Made by a program: the position numbers and the translations under genes. From assembly GCF_006345805.1 (NCBI RefSeq), contig NC_043001.1, positions 55,490,001 to 55,554,000 on the forward strand: a stretch of 64,000 nucleotides of DNA. The letters are read 5' to 3'. Below, one piece after another: positions 14,030 through 26,797 of the stretch (position 1 is the first letter of the stretch; every line of letters starts with the position of its first letter). Under the pieces are notes generated by a model. It searched no databases, was not told the origin of the DNA, and saw only the letters and a list, made by a program, of their open reading frames with translations. Source of the stretch: Octopus sinensis (Eukaryota).

Positions 14030-14136
14030 TATACATATATATATAGACATATATATATACATGTATATATATACATATGTACACATACATACATGTATAT
14101 ATATATACACACATATATACAATCTCACACAGAGTC

Positions 14137-14220
<84 letters not shown>

Positions 14221-14560
14221 TTATATATACACACACACATATCATCAAATATTACATCATTTTAAAAGAAATAAGCTGAAAATGGTATTAGATAAATGTA
14301 TCACTATAATATACATTCCATATATTTGATATACACTTGTATGGTAGGAATAATTAAATTTTTATTGAAAATGCTCTGAAGGATTGAATCCACAGAGAAT
14401 TAAATATGAGGATAAGTTTAATATTGTTTAATATTCTATTGAGGTTTAAGACAATAAAATTTTTATTTTATTGTTGAAGATTCCAAATATTACTGAAAGA
14501 CAGAAGAGAGGGTGAAGATCCCCTTTAAGAGGAGAGAACCACTTCAGGGTTTATAAATTC

Positions 14561-14599
<39 letters not shown>

Positions 14600-14613
14600 T
14601 ACTACTACTACTA

Positions 14614-14831
14614 AGGCAGTGAGTTGGCAGAATCATTAGCACATTGGACAAAATGCTTAATGGTATTTCACCAGGTACTACATTCTGAGTTCAAATTCTG
14701 CCGAGGTCAACTTTGCCTTTCATCCTTTCGGGGTCAATAAATTAAGTACCAGTGAAACACTGGGGTCGACCAGTCCCCTCCGCCCAAATTTCAGGTGCCT
14801 ATTGTAGAAAGTATTATTATCATTATTATTA

Positions 14832-14868
<37 letters not shown>

Positions 14869-14871
14869 TAA

Positions 14872-14918
<47 letters not shown>

Positions 14919-14964
14919 CCAATATTATTATTATTACTACTAATATTATTATTATTACTACTAA

Positions 14965-14999
<35 letters not shown>

Positions 15000-15025
15000 T
15001 ATTATTATTATTATTATTATTATCA
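14614..15025 (+). mobile_element. Family A SINE with long (ATT)n tail
   Basis: Same head and central block as 431-657; flanked on both sides by ATT repeats. Confidence 0.8.
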
Positions 15026-16016
15026 TTAGTGAGAGAGCATATGAAATAATAATTCCATATAAACTATTTTCTTTTATTTTACTTCTTAAGTGTCTCAGCA
15101 GTTGTAGATAGCACCATTTCACCCTCCTTGTGGGCTCTTCAGTACAACATAACTTGAGATCATGAAATTAATTGTTCTATATTCATTCAAAACCTTTAGG
15201 AATTATATGTGATCAATTTTCTTCTTTCCATTTCATCACCAGTGAGGTGGTGCCAACTATAATGATTATGACTTACATATAGATTAAGAGTTTAGCCATA
15301 TTGATGACTACCAAGAAATGCAAGAAAAAAAAATGGCAGTGAACTTTACAGCCTACCAATTAGTTATTTTGATTTAAATGTGAATGATGTTACCGAAAAA
15401 AAATCCTCTCAAACTTTTCATCCCTAAAAAAGATAAATATGTGGTCCTCTTCATTAAATCTACTAAGGAAGAATATGCTAAAAAATTATGTAAACAATAA
15501 ATGAAAATGAATAATTTAGTGGGACAGAAAAGAAATAATGTATGTATGCATCAATACTTTTTTATATGTTGAAAACCCAATTGTTTTTTTAGTTTAATAT
15601 ATATATATATATACATGTACATATATACACATATATTTACATACGCATATACACACATATATATATCAACGAAAATGGAGAGTTTGAACAGAGCATAATC
15701 AATATATTCACATTTTGTCAATTATATAAGCTTACAATCTTTAAAGGGGTATCTACCTCCTCACAAAACCTCACACAAACACACATATATACATGTATAT
15801 ACACACACATATTTCATCATCATACGTATATATACACACATATGTAAAAAGATTTTTCCTTCCTTAATAAAGATTTATATATTTAGTTTGGAACAATAGC
15901 ATTCCAAAATCCATTTGGCCATTACTGTTTTAAGATTTTCACACTATATTTTTTCTCCACCTGTCAAATGGGAGTCTGAACTTTAATTCTCTGTTGTGGA
16001 GGTATAAATATACAGG

Positions 16017-16188
16017 TGCAGTCATAGCTGTGTGGAAAGATGTTTGCTTCTTAACCACAAGGTTCCAGGTTTAGTTTCACTGCGCGGCACCTTGGACAAG
16101 TGCCTGCTACTATAGCCCCAGGCTGAACAAAGCCTTGTGAGTGGATATGGCAGACAGATGCTGAAAGAAGCTCATCATATATGTGTGA

Positions 16189-16232
<44 letters not shown>

Positions 16233-16445
16233 CCCCTTGTGCCTGTGTTTGTCTCCCATCACTGCTGACACAACCAGTGTTAGTGTATTTACATCCTTGT
16301 AACTTAGCAGTTCGGCAAAAGACTGATAGAATAATTACCAGGCTTTAAAAAATAAGTCTTGGGATCAATTCAGTCAACTAAATATTCTTCAAAGCAGTGC
16401 CCCAGAATGGCCACTGTCCAAAGACTGAAAAAGTAAAATTTAAAA
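16017..16445 (+). mobile_element. Family B SINE, diverged
   Basis: Head, (TG)n tract and 3' half are recognisable. Confidence 0.7.
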
Positions 16446-16636
16446 GATCAAACTACAAACTAAAACAATCAGCCGGCAGATAAATAAATTGCAAAATACA
16501 TCAAATCAATCAGAACTGATGATTTTTATAAATTATAAAAGTTCTCCCTGGATCCTTTGCAATCTAGTACAAAGTGCATAAACAGTATACCATTATTACT
16601 GCTAATTCAGGTTTGAGATGGGTAGCATTGTTAGAA

Positions 16637-16980
16637 TGGTGGTTCTCAATGATTTATTTTTTTGCTTTTGGACCCTTTAATTACTAATCTATTCTGATGG
16701 ACCCCCAAAGCCATTCAATGTTTAAAAACTAGTTTTATACATGCTTTTTTTAAAAACTCCTATTTTGTTTTTCACACATTCACTTGTGTAGGTTGGACTT
16801 ATATAAAATGTCAAAGACAGAAACCCAGCTGTTTCTTACAATAAATACATACAAAGTAACATTTTTTCATTGACCTTTAAAATACTATGTGGATCCCCAA
16901 TTTACTATTTTGCTTGTGTGGAACCCCAAAAGACTTACATAGAACCTCAAGGATCATGTGGCCCTGGTTGAGACCTGCTT
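16637..16980. mobile_element. hAT (Charlie-type) MITE, diverged
   Basis: Ends TGGTGGTTCTCAA and GTTGAGACCTGCTT; 8-bp flanks TGTTAGAA / TGTTAGAG. Confidence 0.6.
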
Positions 16981-17555
16981 TGTTAGAGTATCAAATATAT
17001 TCAAAGTAACTTTGTTCTGATTCCCTACTTTCTAAATTTAAATCTTGCAGAGGTCAATTTTACCTTTCATCCCTCCAAGGATGATAAATAAAATTGTAAT
17101 CAAGTACTGGAGCTGATGTAATTAACAAACATCTAACTCTCAAAATCACTGCCCTTATGCTTAAATATAAAACAATTGTTATCATTACTTCATTCTGATG
17201 ATGAGGCAGGGAGGGTTTGGGACATTGAAGGATACTGCATTTAGAATGTTACTGTTCTAAACCAAACAGAAAGGACAAATAAAAGAATGTGAAGAAAAAA
17301 AACGCCCATAATAAAAAAAAAGATTAAACACGAACACAGCCATGTCTTAGACTTGAAAAGTTGCTCCCGATTCACACACACACACACTCATTCTACAGCA
17401 ACTGGTAAGAATTTTATGCTTTGCCTATGTTTTACAGATCTTGGCATTTCGTTTCCAAAGACTTCTCAGCTATTCATCTCGTTGGCTGTATTTCATATAA
17501 AGAGAAGTGAGGAAATAGAGAGGGAAAACAAAAAAGAGGAAATTCCTTCCAGACA

Positions 17556-17614
17556 GTGGTGGTGGTGGTGGTGGCAGTAGTAGTAAAAGTGGTGGTGGTG
17601 GTGGTGGTAGTAGC

Positions 17615-17667
<53 letters not shown>

Positions 17668-17702
17668 CAGCAGCAGCAGCAACAGCAGCAGTAGTAGTAA
17701 TG
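17556..17702. repeat. (GGT)n(AGT)n(AGC)n trinucleotide tract
   Basis: Seen directly. Confidence 0.95.
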
Positions 17703-18026
17703 ATAAACACTATTTCTATGTTCTATGACAAATATCTGTAGTTTATTTTCCAGCTAGATTACCCTGGGGGATTGTTAGGCAGGACTATCCTGTTACTTGA
17801 GTAAATTGGAAGTCAAAACACACACACAAATACATACATACATACATACATATATATATATGTGCAAACACACACATACACAGAGACATAAGCTGACAAA
17901 CACACATTCACACACAAACACAGAAATAAGTAAAATGTTCTCATGCTGTTGGTTTTGTTAACTGAAAGAGGATACCTTATCCCTCTTGTCATTCACAGCA
18001 TATTTTTCAAAGCATACAATCCAATA

Positions 18027-18071
<45 letters not shown>

Positions 18072-18217
18072 TTATGTATATACACTCACACATATACAAA
18101 TTTATAGACAAATACATACATGTATATGAATATTCATATATGCATACAAATATATATGTTTAGACATAGGGATACATACATATACATACACATATGTGCA
18201 TGCATGCATATACATTC

Positions 18218-18264
<47 letters not shown>

Positions 18265-18418
18265 TAGTGCAATATCTCAGTAAGATTCCTCTCACATCAG
18301 TTCTAGTATCAGCTTTGTTGTGTTAGGGAGAGGTGGCAGAAAACATCAGACTTTAATCCATTCCCCAGTGCCTGAAGGACCAAGTACTTAACAAGTGTAA
18401 GATGTAAAGATATATATA

Positions 18419-18484
<66 letters not shown>

Positions 18485-18704
18485 AGAGAAATGCAAGTAG
18501 AGAAACAGGGTGAAAGATCTGTTTACTGGAGAAAAACACACATGAAAACAAGCATGGGAAATGATGAATTCTTCTTGGAACAATTTCTAAGAGGGAAAAA
18601 CGGTTTTATATAAGAAATTAGAATATTTCAGACTGCCCAAATGCAACAACAGAAATATATATATATATATATATGTATGTATAAAATATACATACACATG
18701 ATAA

Positions 18705-18744
<40 letters not shown>

Positions 18745-19049
18745 ATGCAGACACACACACACACATTCCCACTTAATCATAGATGTTCTGTTAGAACAAA
18801 CTATACTGCAGTAGTTACCATGAGAGAATATTCATATATATATATGATGATATTGAAGAGAGTAGTGCAGTGGTGACAATGATTTATGTATATCATCATC
18901 GTCATCATAAACATCAACTTCTTCATGCTTCCATGGGTCAGCTGAAATTCATTGAATCAGATTTTTTACAACTTGATGCTCTTCTTGTTACCAAAACCTC
19001 ATCTATTTCCAAGCCTGTGAATATCTCTCCCTAATATTTTGAGCATTAA

Positions 19050-19270
19050 CCCATTAGCATTCAGATTACTCTGTCAAATGTAAGGCTTATTTATTCATAT
19101 TGTTTTGAATTCATCATGTATTGTCTTGCACCTTCAAATTTTTGATGATGTTATTTTTTTATTTTTAGAACAACATTGTAGGGTAGGTGTGAGAGGCTGG
19201 ATCTGGTTGGTTTTATTATAAAACAAATAGAGTATTTGCACTGGATATGGTTGGTTTAAATGGTAAAGGG
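19050..19270. mobile_element. piggyBac-type MITE, family 1
   Basis: TTAA-CCCATTAGCATT ... AATGGTAAAGGG-TTAA. Related copies at 9610-10101, about 25379-25570 and about 32420-32625. Confidence 0.7.
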
Positions 19271-19639
19271 TTAAATTTGCATGCAAATAGCTCGTATGAC
19301 AGTAATATTTACATACAACGAGCATCATGTGATGTTAAGAGAGGGAGACACATACAAATCACACATGAACACATTCACACACACACAGATGAATAAAATA
19401 GTCACACAAGCAGATATACAATAACCTTCTTTCAGTTTCTGTCAATCCCACTCAAGAAGCATTAATTATCACGAGGCTATAGATGACAATTGTCCAAGTG
19501 CTGTTCACTAGGATTGCTATGAAACCACGCGGTTGGGAAGCAAACTGCAAGTACCCACTCATAGATTGTTATCATCATCATCATTTTAATATCAACTTTT
19601 CGATGTTTGTATGGGTCGGATGCAGTTTACATCGATCAA

Positions 19640-19990
19640 AATCAATGGAAATTGCAGCTGTGATACCAGTGCCAGTGGTACATAAGAGAACCATCCGAAC
19701 GTGGGTGTTGCCAGCGCCGCCCCGACTGGCTTCATGTCGGTGGCACATAAAAAGCACCATCCGATCATGGCCGTTTGCCAGCCTCGTCTGGCACCTGTGC
19801 CGGTGGCACGTAAAAAGCACCCACTACACTCACAGTGGTTGGCATTAGGAAGGGCATCCAGCTGTAGAAACATTGCCAGATCAGACTGGGCCTGGTGCAG
19901 CCTTCTGGCTTCCCAGACCCCAGTTGAACCGTCCAACCCATGCTAGCATGGAAAGCGGACGCTAAACACCGATGATGATGATGATGATGG
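19640..19990 (+). mobile_element. Short interspersed element with RTE-type 3' tail (…CATGCTAGCATGGAAAGCGGACG…GATGATG)
   Basis: Near-identical to 3488-3620. Related pieces at about 12160-12290, 38915-39070, 49540-49690 and 61600-61780. Confidence 0.7.
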
Positions 19991-20904
19991 CAGGGTGCTC
20001 TTCCTGTCAACCACCTTTCCTTGTTCCAAGGAAGGTAATATTTCTCCATAGCTAAACATGTTTTCTCATAAATTTATAATCACATGCCAAAGGACACACA
20101 AACATACACAATGTGTGTATGTTCCTGTCTGCCAAATTCACTCATAAGATTTTGGGTCAGCCCTGGGCTAGAGTACTAGACACTTGCCCAAGGTGCCATG
20201 CAGTAGGACAGGACCTAAAGCCATGTGGCTCAGAGCAAACTTTTCAACCACAGCTACGCCTGTGCCTTCAATCATGCCTATATTAATTCTTTATGTGTGT
20301 ATGTAAGTGTGGGCATGTGCATACGTAGACGTGTGTACACACACACATATGTATTTATACATACACATACATACATACATACGTATATATATATATATAT
20401 ACATACACATACATAGTTAAAAAACATCATTATAGGTATAAAATTACCATAAACAATTATAGAAAAATGGAGGAGAAAAAGATGTTGAATCAAAATTAGA
20501 TTTGAGACAAAATAGGATTCAATACATATGCACATTTCAAAGGACAATACAAATATGTAAGAAAAAATTATAACCATAGTAATTATAATTAAATTTATGC
20601 ATTGTCATTTTCATCGGTGTGAGGAATTTTTGTAAGGACATCAAAAAAGGTTTAATAAAATAAAGTAAATTAAAATACGATACAATAAGGGAGAATACAA
20701 ATGGGGTAATAGGGAAAAAATTGGATATTTACAAGCAAATTGTAAAAGGGGTAAAAATAACAGTAATAATAATAGTAAGAGAGATGAAAGACAAAAAAAA
20801 GATAGACATATCTATGTGTATGTACGTCTATGTGTGCGGTAAACTATAGCATGCAAATAAGAATCAAAAGCTAACAGGTACGTATATTCCATCTTCTGTC
20901 TTTC

Positions 20905-21313
20905 ATTTGTTATATATACATATATGTATGTAAATACATATATATACACACATATATATGCAAATATTTACATATATACACACATATATACATACATAAT
21001 ATATACACACATATATACATACATATATATACATACACATATATACATATATATATATACACATATATACACATACATATATATACACAAACATATACAT
21101 ATATATATGTATGTATATAACTAGATGTATATACACATATACATACATATATATATATATATACACACATACGTATATACATAGAGGGTAAATGTTTTTA
21201 TTTTTCATTCCCTTTAGAAATTACTCCTAATAGTGGTTTGGAGTTTTAACTACTCTTTCTAGCAAGTCAGATGTCCTGTTATGGCCATCTCTTATGTGTT
21301 TAAATGTACACTG

Positions 21314-21364
<51 letters not shown>

Positions 21365-21541
21365 CACATACATATATACATTCACATACATATATATATG
21401 TGTATATACACATATATACATATATATACATACACACATATATATATATATACATATATATACATACAGATATATATATACATACACATACATATATATG
21501 TGTATATATACATATACACATATATATATATACATATATAT

Positions 21542-21600
<59 letters not shown>
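20905..21600. repeat. Two long degenerate (TA/CA)n tracts
   Basis: Seen directly; the source of many Y/I/C/V/T/H pseudo-ORFs. Confidence 0.95.
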
Positions 21601-21603
<3 letters not shown>

Positions 21604-21827
21604 TAATCCCTCGACTATCGTGGGTGTTATGTTCAAAAACCTCCTGTGATAGGCGAAAATCCGCGAAGTAGAAACAGTGCTGTAATGTACTGTATATTTC
21701 TTTTATTAATTTTATAATTTGTATATATTTATTTTATTATAAGTACAAAATAGCACCACGGAGGAAACGACATAGGCTTAACTAATAAAGCATGATACGT
21801 GGACCACGATATGGCAAGGGATTACTG
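21601..21827. mobile_element. Tc1/pogo (Tigger-like) MITE
   Basis: Imperfect TIRs (T)AGTAATCCCTCGACTATCGTGG and CCACGATATGGCAAGGGATTACTG; lies within a CA/TA microsatellite. Confidence 0.65.
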
Positions 21828-22499
21828 CACACACACACACACACACATACATATATACATACACATAAATATATTTACTTATATGTATGAATATATATAT
21901 ACACAGATACATACATATATATGTGTACATACATACATACATATATATATATATTATATATATATATATATATACACCCACACCCACACATATATATCCG
22001 TACATATATACACGTGCAGGTATATGAAGAATTTTTGTGTAGTATCTATTGCAACAGCTGCATTCACTCTGAGGATCCATCATCAAAGCCAAGTTATCAA
22101 GTGCTCACCAACATTATATATACACATATTTCTTAATAAATCTCTGAATCAATAATATAGAGCTTATTATAATGTAATCTAATATATATCGCAATGAAAA
22201 TACAAGCAAAATATACATGGAAATACAAATATTAATATTTATATGAATATTAATATTTGGAGTTGTACATATATTCTATGTGTATATTCTTACATGTATA
22301 TTAGATTACATTATAATATCACAATTGTTCCAACAAGTTGATGATGGCATATGTCCTCTGCCCCTGACCTTCAGCAATTGGGTAAAGAGATGTGGAATAA
22401 TGATGTACATGTAATATGTCTATGTGTGTGTGCTAATGTGTGTGCATGTAATATGTCTATGTGTGTGTGTGTGTATGTATGTGTACATGTATCTATCTA

Positions 22500-23098
22500 T
22501 TATCATCATCATCATCATCGTCATTTGATGTCCATTGTCCATGCAGGCATGTGTTGGACTATTTGACTGGGCTGGCACGCTGGAAAGCTGTGCCAGGCTC
22601 CAGTCTGATTTGGCATGGTTTTCTACAGCTGGATGCTCTCCCTAATGCCAACCACTCTGAGGGTGTAATGGGTGCTTTTACGTGCCACTGGCACAGGTGC
22701 CATTTGCATGACACTAGTATCTGCCACAACTTGATGGTTCTTCTGAAGCATGACATAATGCTAATGGTTTTGGTCATTGCCTCTGTGAGGCCCAACCATT
22801 GAAAGTATCTCAGCCACTTTGCCTCCATGAGGCCCAACACTCAAAAGGAACTCAGCCACTTTGCTTTTGTCAGGCTCAACACTCAAAAGGTACTCAGCCA
22901 CTTTGCCTCTGTGAGGCCCAACGTTCAAAGGTTGATTTTTTTTATGTGCCACCAGCATGGGTGCATGTGGCTTGTCATGTCCTTTTAAACAGAGCACATT
23001 GCCAAAGGTCTCAGTCACTAGTCATTGCCTCTGTGAGGTTCAAAGTCCAAAGGTCATACTTCACCATCTCATCCCATATCTTCCTGTGTCTACCTCTA
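22500..23098 (-). mobile_element. RTE-type LINE 3' end with internal 43-bp tandem repeat and (GAT)n tail
   Basis: Minus strand RGRHRKIWDEMVKYDLWTLNLTEAMTSD. About 3 copies of CTCAGCCACTTTGCC...GAGGCCCAACACTCAAAAGG at about 22800-22930. (CAT)n at 22500-22520. Confidence 0.7.
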
Positions 23099-23147
23099 CT
23101 ATCTATCTATTTATATATATATATATAAAACTACATATATATGTGTA

Positions 23148-23972
23148 TGTGGTTTGATCAATACATATCCAGACTGTTGCCATAGGAATGAAACTGAAGC
23201 ACGCAGAGTGAAGCCGCTTGACACAGATTGACCTTGAACTCTGCTGTGCATGTGTTTTAACATTCTAACTCACTTCTGCTATTTACAGCAGTGCTTGGAA
23301 GGAAGGTGTGTAGCATGTGATCATTGCATTGACCATGATGGAGAAAGTGGAGCAGAGAATCTGCCTCAAATTTTGCCAAAAGCTTGGCGATAACTGCTCA
23401 GAGGCCTACGCAAAGTTTTCATTGTTCTCAACGCAATCAAAGAGATCTTGTGCAACTGAAACCTGAGTGATTTTCTGGTCAGCTGAAAGCAATTTTGGCA
23501 CAAACTTGGAAGACATGAGTCTCATACACAAATCTTCAGTGATAATGGACTGAACTGAACCATAACTAATCTGCACATCCTCTGATAACTTACAGACGGT
23601 GATTTGACAATTTCCCCTTACAGCTGCATGGATACCTGTGATGTTTTTCTTAGTTCTGCTGGTTGCGAATCTCACAGAACGTTCATGAATACTGACATTT
23701 TTTTTACCATTTTGTAAACATCTGTACAACTTGTACACTTCTGTGCAGCTCATACATTCCTCTCCATACACTTTCTGCAACTTTGAGCAGGTATTGCCAT
23801 GACAACTTTCTCTGTCAAGCTACACACCTTTCTTCCAAGCACTGCTGTAAACAACAGAAGTGAACTAGAATGTTAAAACTTAGTGCGTATGTACAGCAGA
23901 GTTCAAGGTCAATCTTTGCCAAGCAGCTTCATTACTATGGCAACAGTCCAGATACTTATTGATCAGACCTCA
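23148..23972. mobile_element. Mariner-family non-autonomous element made of two head-to-head 5' ends
   Basis: TIR-like ends (TGxGGTxTGATCAATAxxTATCxxGACTGTTGCCATAG) with TA at 23146-47 and 23973-74. Plus arm encodes MEKVEQRICLKFCQKLGDNCSEAYAK. Minus arm encodes QKVYGEECMS...ISYGSVQSIITEDL...KFVPKLLS (mariner HTH and WVPxxL-type region). Confidence 0.85.
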
Positions 23973-24235
23973 TATGTAAATATATGTGTAAATGAAAGCA
24001 TGTGGCCAAGTGATTAGGGACCATGCATCTCATTGTCCTCTTGAGCAAAATGCTTCATTATATGTCGCTCTGCAATCATTTTGACATACACTTGTGAACC
24101 TGTACAACCAATGTTAATTTAGTGGACTAATGTACAACACATACACAAATCATTTGCATAGGTCATTCAGTAAAAACTGAGCACTTATACATCAGCATCA
24201 ATGGGAGATTCCATCACATATATATATATGTATAT

Positions 24236-24427
24236 ATTACTCTTTTTACTTGTTTCAGTCATTTGACTGCGGCCATGCTGGAGCACCGCCTTTAGTCGAC
24301 CAAATCGACCCCGCGACTTATTCTTTGTAAGCCCAGTACTTATTCTATCGGTCTCTTTTGCCGAACCGCTAAGTGACGGGGATGTAAACACACCAGCATC
24401 GGTTGTCAAGCAATGCTAGGGGGACAA

Positions 24428-24510
<83 letters not shown>

Positions 24511-24675
24511 TACGACAGGCTTCTTTCAGTTTCCGTCTACCAAATCCACTCAGAAGGCATTGGTCGGCCCGGGGCTATAGCAGGAGACACTTGCCCAAGA
24601 TGCCACGCAGTGGGACTGAACCCGGAACCATGTGGTTGGTTAGCAAGCTACTTACCACACAGCCACTCCTGCGTC
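24236..24675 (-). mobile_element. Full-length, CpG-rich (young) bipartite tRNA-derived SINE (family B)
   Basis: Head GGAGTGGCTGTGTGGTAAG (A-box-like) and GGTTCAGTCCC (B-box-like), internal (TA)n(TG)n tract, 3' half ending ATGACTGAAACAAGTAAAAAGAG. Confidence 0.85.
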
Positions 24676-25572
24676 TATATATATATATATATATAAACCA
24701 TGTGTGTATATAAACAAACTTAGATTTGTTTTTCAAGAAGAACTGAATGTGTATCACATGATACAGACAAGAAAGTGACATTTTCAAATGCGATATTGCT
24801 GTTAAAGCTGCATAAAAATTGGGTCTTATTACCCTTACAATGTGGAAGAAGTTGTCAACAAACAGCCATGGGTTGAACCCACATCCTCCAAGACACTGGC
24901 TGAATGCTTTACCAGTAAACTAAACTGCCCACTGACAACATAAACACACACACACACAAAATAGACCTTGCTCAAGTTTATTCCTGTCTAAAATATAATC
25001 ACATGAACTTACTATATTTTGGATAAATTACTATAAAAAGATGGCAGTCTTCAGTTTATTTGAAAATGTTGATTCATTCAAGACAGTTACTCCCAAGCAA
25101 CCCTGAAGCTGGTCCAATTTGAGCTTCAAAAAAAAATGTAAAACAAATAAATACAGAACTTAATATAAACTTTTACTGATATATTGTTTCTATGTTCCTG
25201 AAAAATAATCAATTTATTTTTTTTCAAAATATTGTTCTATTTCACATAATTAATCTAAATAGGTTATTTTCCTGCTCAGTAATTTTTTCCAGAGTCTAAT
25301 GCATCACTTGGAGGTTTGTATCTGGAGATGAAAATGAACAAATTTCTAGAAAAGCTACATAAACTTGATCTCCTTTAACACTTTAGCACACAGATTACTC
25401 TGTCAAATGTATGGCTTATTATCTGACACTGTTTTGAATTAATTGTGCATTAGCTTGCAACTTCAAGATTTCAATGATGTGATTTTATATTTTAGAATGA
25501 TGTGAGTGACTGGATCTGGTTGGTTTGAACATAAAACTGACGGAATATTTGGGCTGGATATGCTAAAGGTAA

Positions 25573-25787
25573 CCCTTTCGTTACTGTATTTATTTTGAGA
25601 TGCTCTGTATTTCTTTCAATTACTTTAAATTTAACAAAGAATTTAGTAAAATAATTTGGTTATCATTAAGCTAGTGTTAGGAACATAAATTGTGACTAAG
25701 GTTTGGTGGAAGATTTTCAATTCAAAACTTATGAAAACAAGACATTTGTACTCAGAGCCAGTTTCAGCCGGGTTGGTAACAAAACGG
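25573..25787. mobile_element. piggyBac-type MITE, family 2
   Basis: CCCTTTCGTTAC ... GTAACAAAACGG-TTAA. A related inverted copy lies at about 55655-55845. Confidence 0.6.
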
Positions 25788-25962
25788 TTAAGAGATGTAC
25801 CTGGATATATGTATATACAAAACAAATACAGAGTAAAACTAGCTTACCACCTTGGTTAATTTTATCAGCAAGTTATTGTTAATGAAATTGCCTTGTTCTA
25901 AGGAGATAACAATAGGCAGCTTCTACTCTGTGTGTGTTTAAGTATGTTATATATATACATAG

Positions 25963-26346
25963 TATTGGTGCAGGTGGCTCTGGCTTTCCGCATCTGGCGT
26001 TTCTGTTCTGCTGACTGAATCCGTCTCTCCTCGGCTGTCTTTGCTCCTGTGGTGATTGCGCTGCGCCAGGATGAGCGGTCGGCAGCAAGTGTCTCCCAAG
26101 TCTCTGTGCCGATGGAGAAGTCCTTGAGAGAGACTTTGAGACTGTCCTTGAAGCACTTCTTCTCAGAAACGCCAGATGCAGAAAGCCAGAGCCACTTGCA
26201 CTAATAGCACAGCCCCTACCCACTTCTGCCCCACCTGTGGGAGGGGCTTTCTTGCCCGGATAGGCCTCACCAGCCACCTCTGGTCTCATAGCAGCAATTC
26301 CACCAAATGATGTCAATGGTCATCTTCGAACCCGAAGGACGAACAT
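25963..26346 (+). mobile_element. 5'-truncated, 5'-inverted RTE-clade LINE insertion
   Basis: Minus segment 26163-25963 reads KKCFKDSLKVSLKDFSIGTETWETLAADRSSWRSAITTGAKTAEERRIQSAEQKRQMRKARATCTN. Plus segment 26164-26310 reads QKRQMQKARATCTNSTAPTHFCPTCGRGFLARIGLTSHLWSH...stop (C-terminal C2H2 finger), followed by an RTE-like 3' end GGTCATCTTCGAACCCGAAGGACGAAC. Candidate TSD TATATATACATA at 25950-25961 and 26347-26358. Confidence 0.85.
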
Positions 26347-26365
26347 TATATATACATACACACAT

Positions 26366-26407
<42 letters not shown>

Positions 26408-26408
<1 letters not shown>

Positions 26409-26730
26409 AAGGCTCATGGCCTAGTGGTTAAAGCATTCGACTCACAATTGTAAGGTGCTGAGTTCAATTCCTGGTGACATGTTGTGTCCTTGAGCATGAC
26501 ACTTTATTTCACGTTGCTCCAGCCCATTCAGCTGACAAAAATGAGTAGTACCTGTATTTCAAAGGGACAGCCTTGTCACATTCTGTGTCATGCTAAATTT
26601 CCCTGAGAACTACATTAAGAGTATACGTGTCTGTGGAGTGCTCAGCCACTTGCACGTTGATTTCATGAGCAAGCTGTTCCGTTGATTGTATCATCTGGGA
26701 CTCTTGTCATTGTAACCAACAGAGTAGTCC
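26408..26730 (+). mobile_element. tRNA-derived SINE (family D variant)
   Basis: GAAGGCTCATGGCCTAGTGGTTAAAG (A box) and GAGTTCAATTCC (B box). Confidence 0.7.
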
Positions 26731-26731
26731 T

Positions 26732-26764
<33 letters not shown>

Positions 26765-26797
26765 GATAGATACATACACACACGTACATACATGAAT

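Noticed and set aside
17404-17445. GTAAGA...TTTTACAG on the plus strand resembling a tiny intron
   Set aside because: Only about 33 nt, with no credible coding exons on either side.
19483-20049. Overlapping ORFs of 79-121 aa on both strands
   Set aside because: They coincide with a dispersed repeat present several times in the window.
44-22155. Many ORFs rich in Y/I, C/V, T/H, R/E or poly-I/L/V/T (for example 1014-1199, 13847-14329, 17470-17741, 20903-22155)
   Set aside because: They are translations of (TA)n, (TG)n, (GA)n, (ATT)n and (AGT)n microsatellites, which lack stop codons in some frames.
22800-22930. Regularly spaced 43-bp repeats, superficially CRISPR-like
   Set aside because: Contiguous tandem units without unique spacers, inside an RTE 3' region in a eukaryotic genome.
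25879-26316. 145-aa GC-rich ORF on the minus strand
   Set aside because: It is an off-frame or antisense reading across the inverted RTE insertion; the meaningful frames are the RTE ones.
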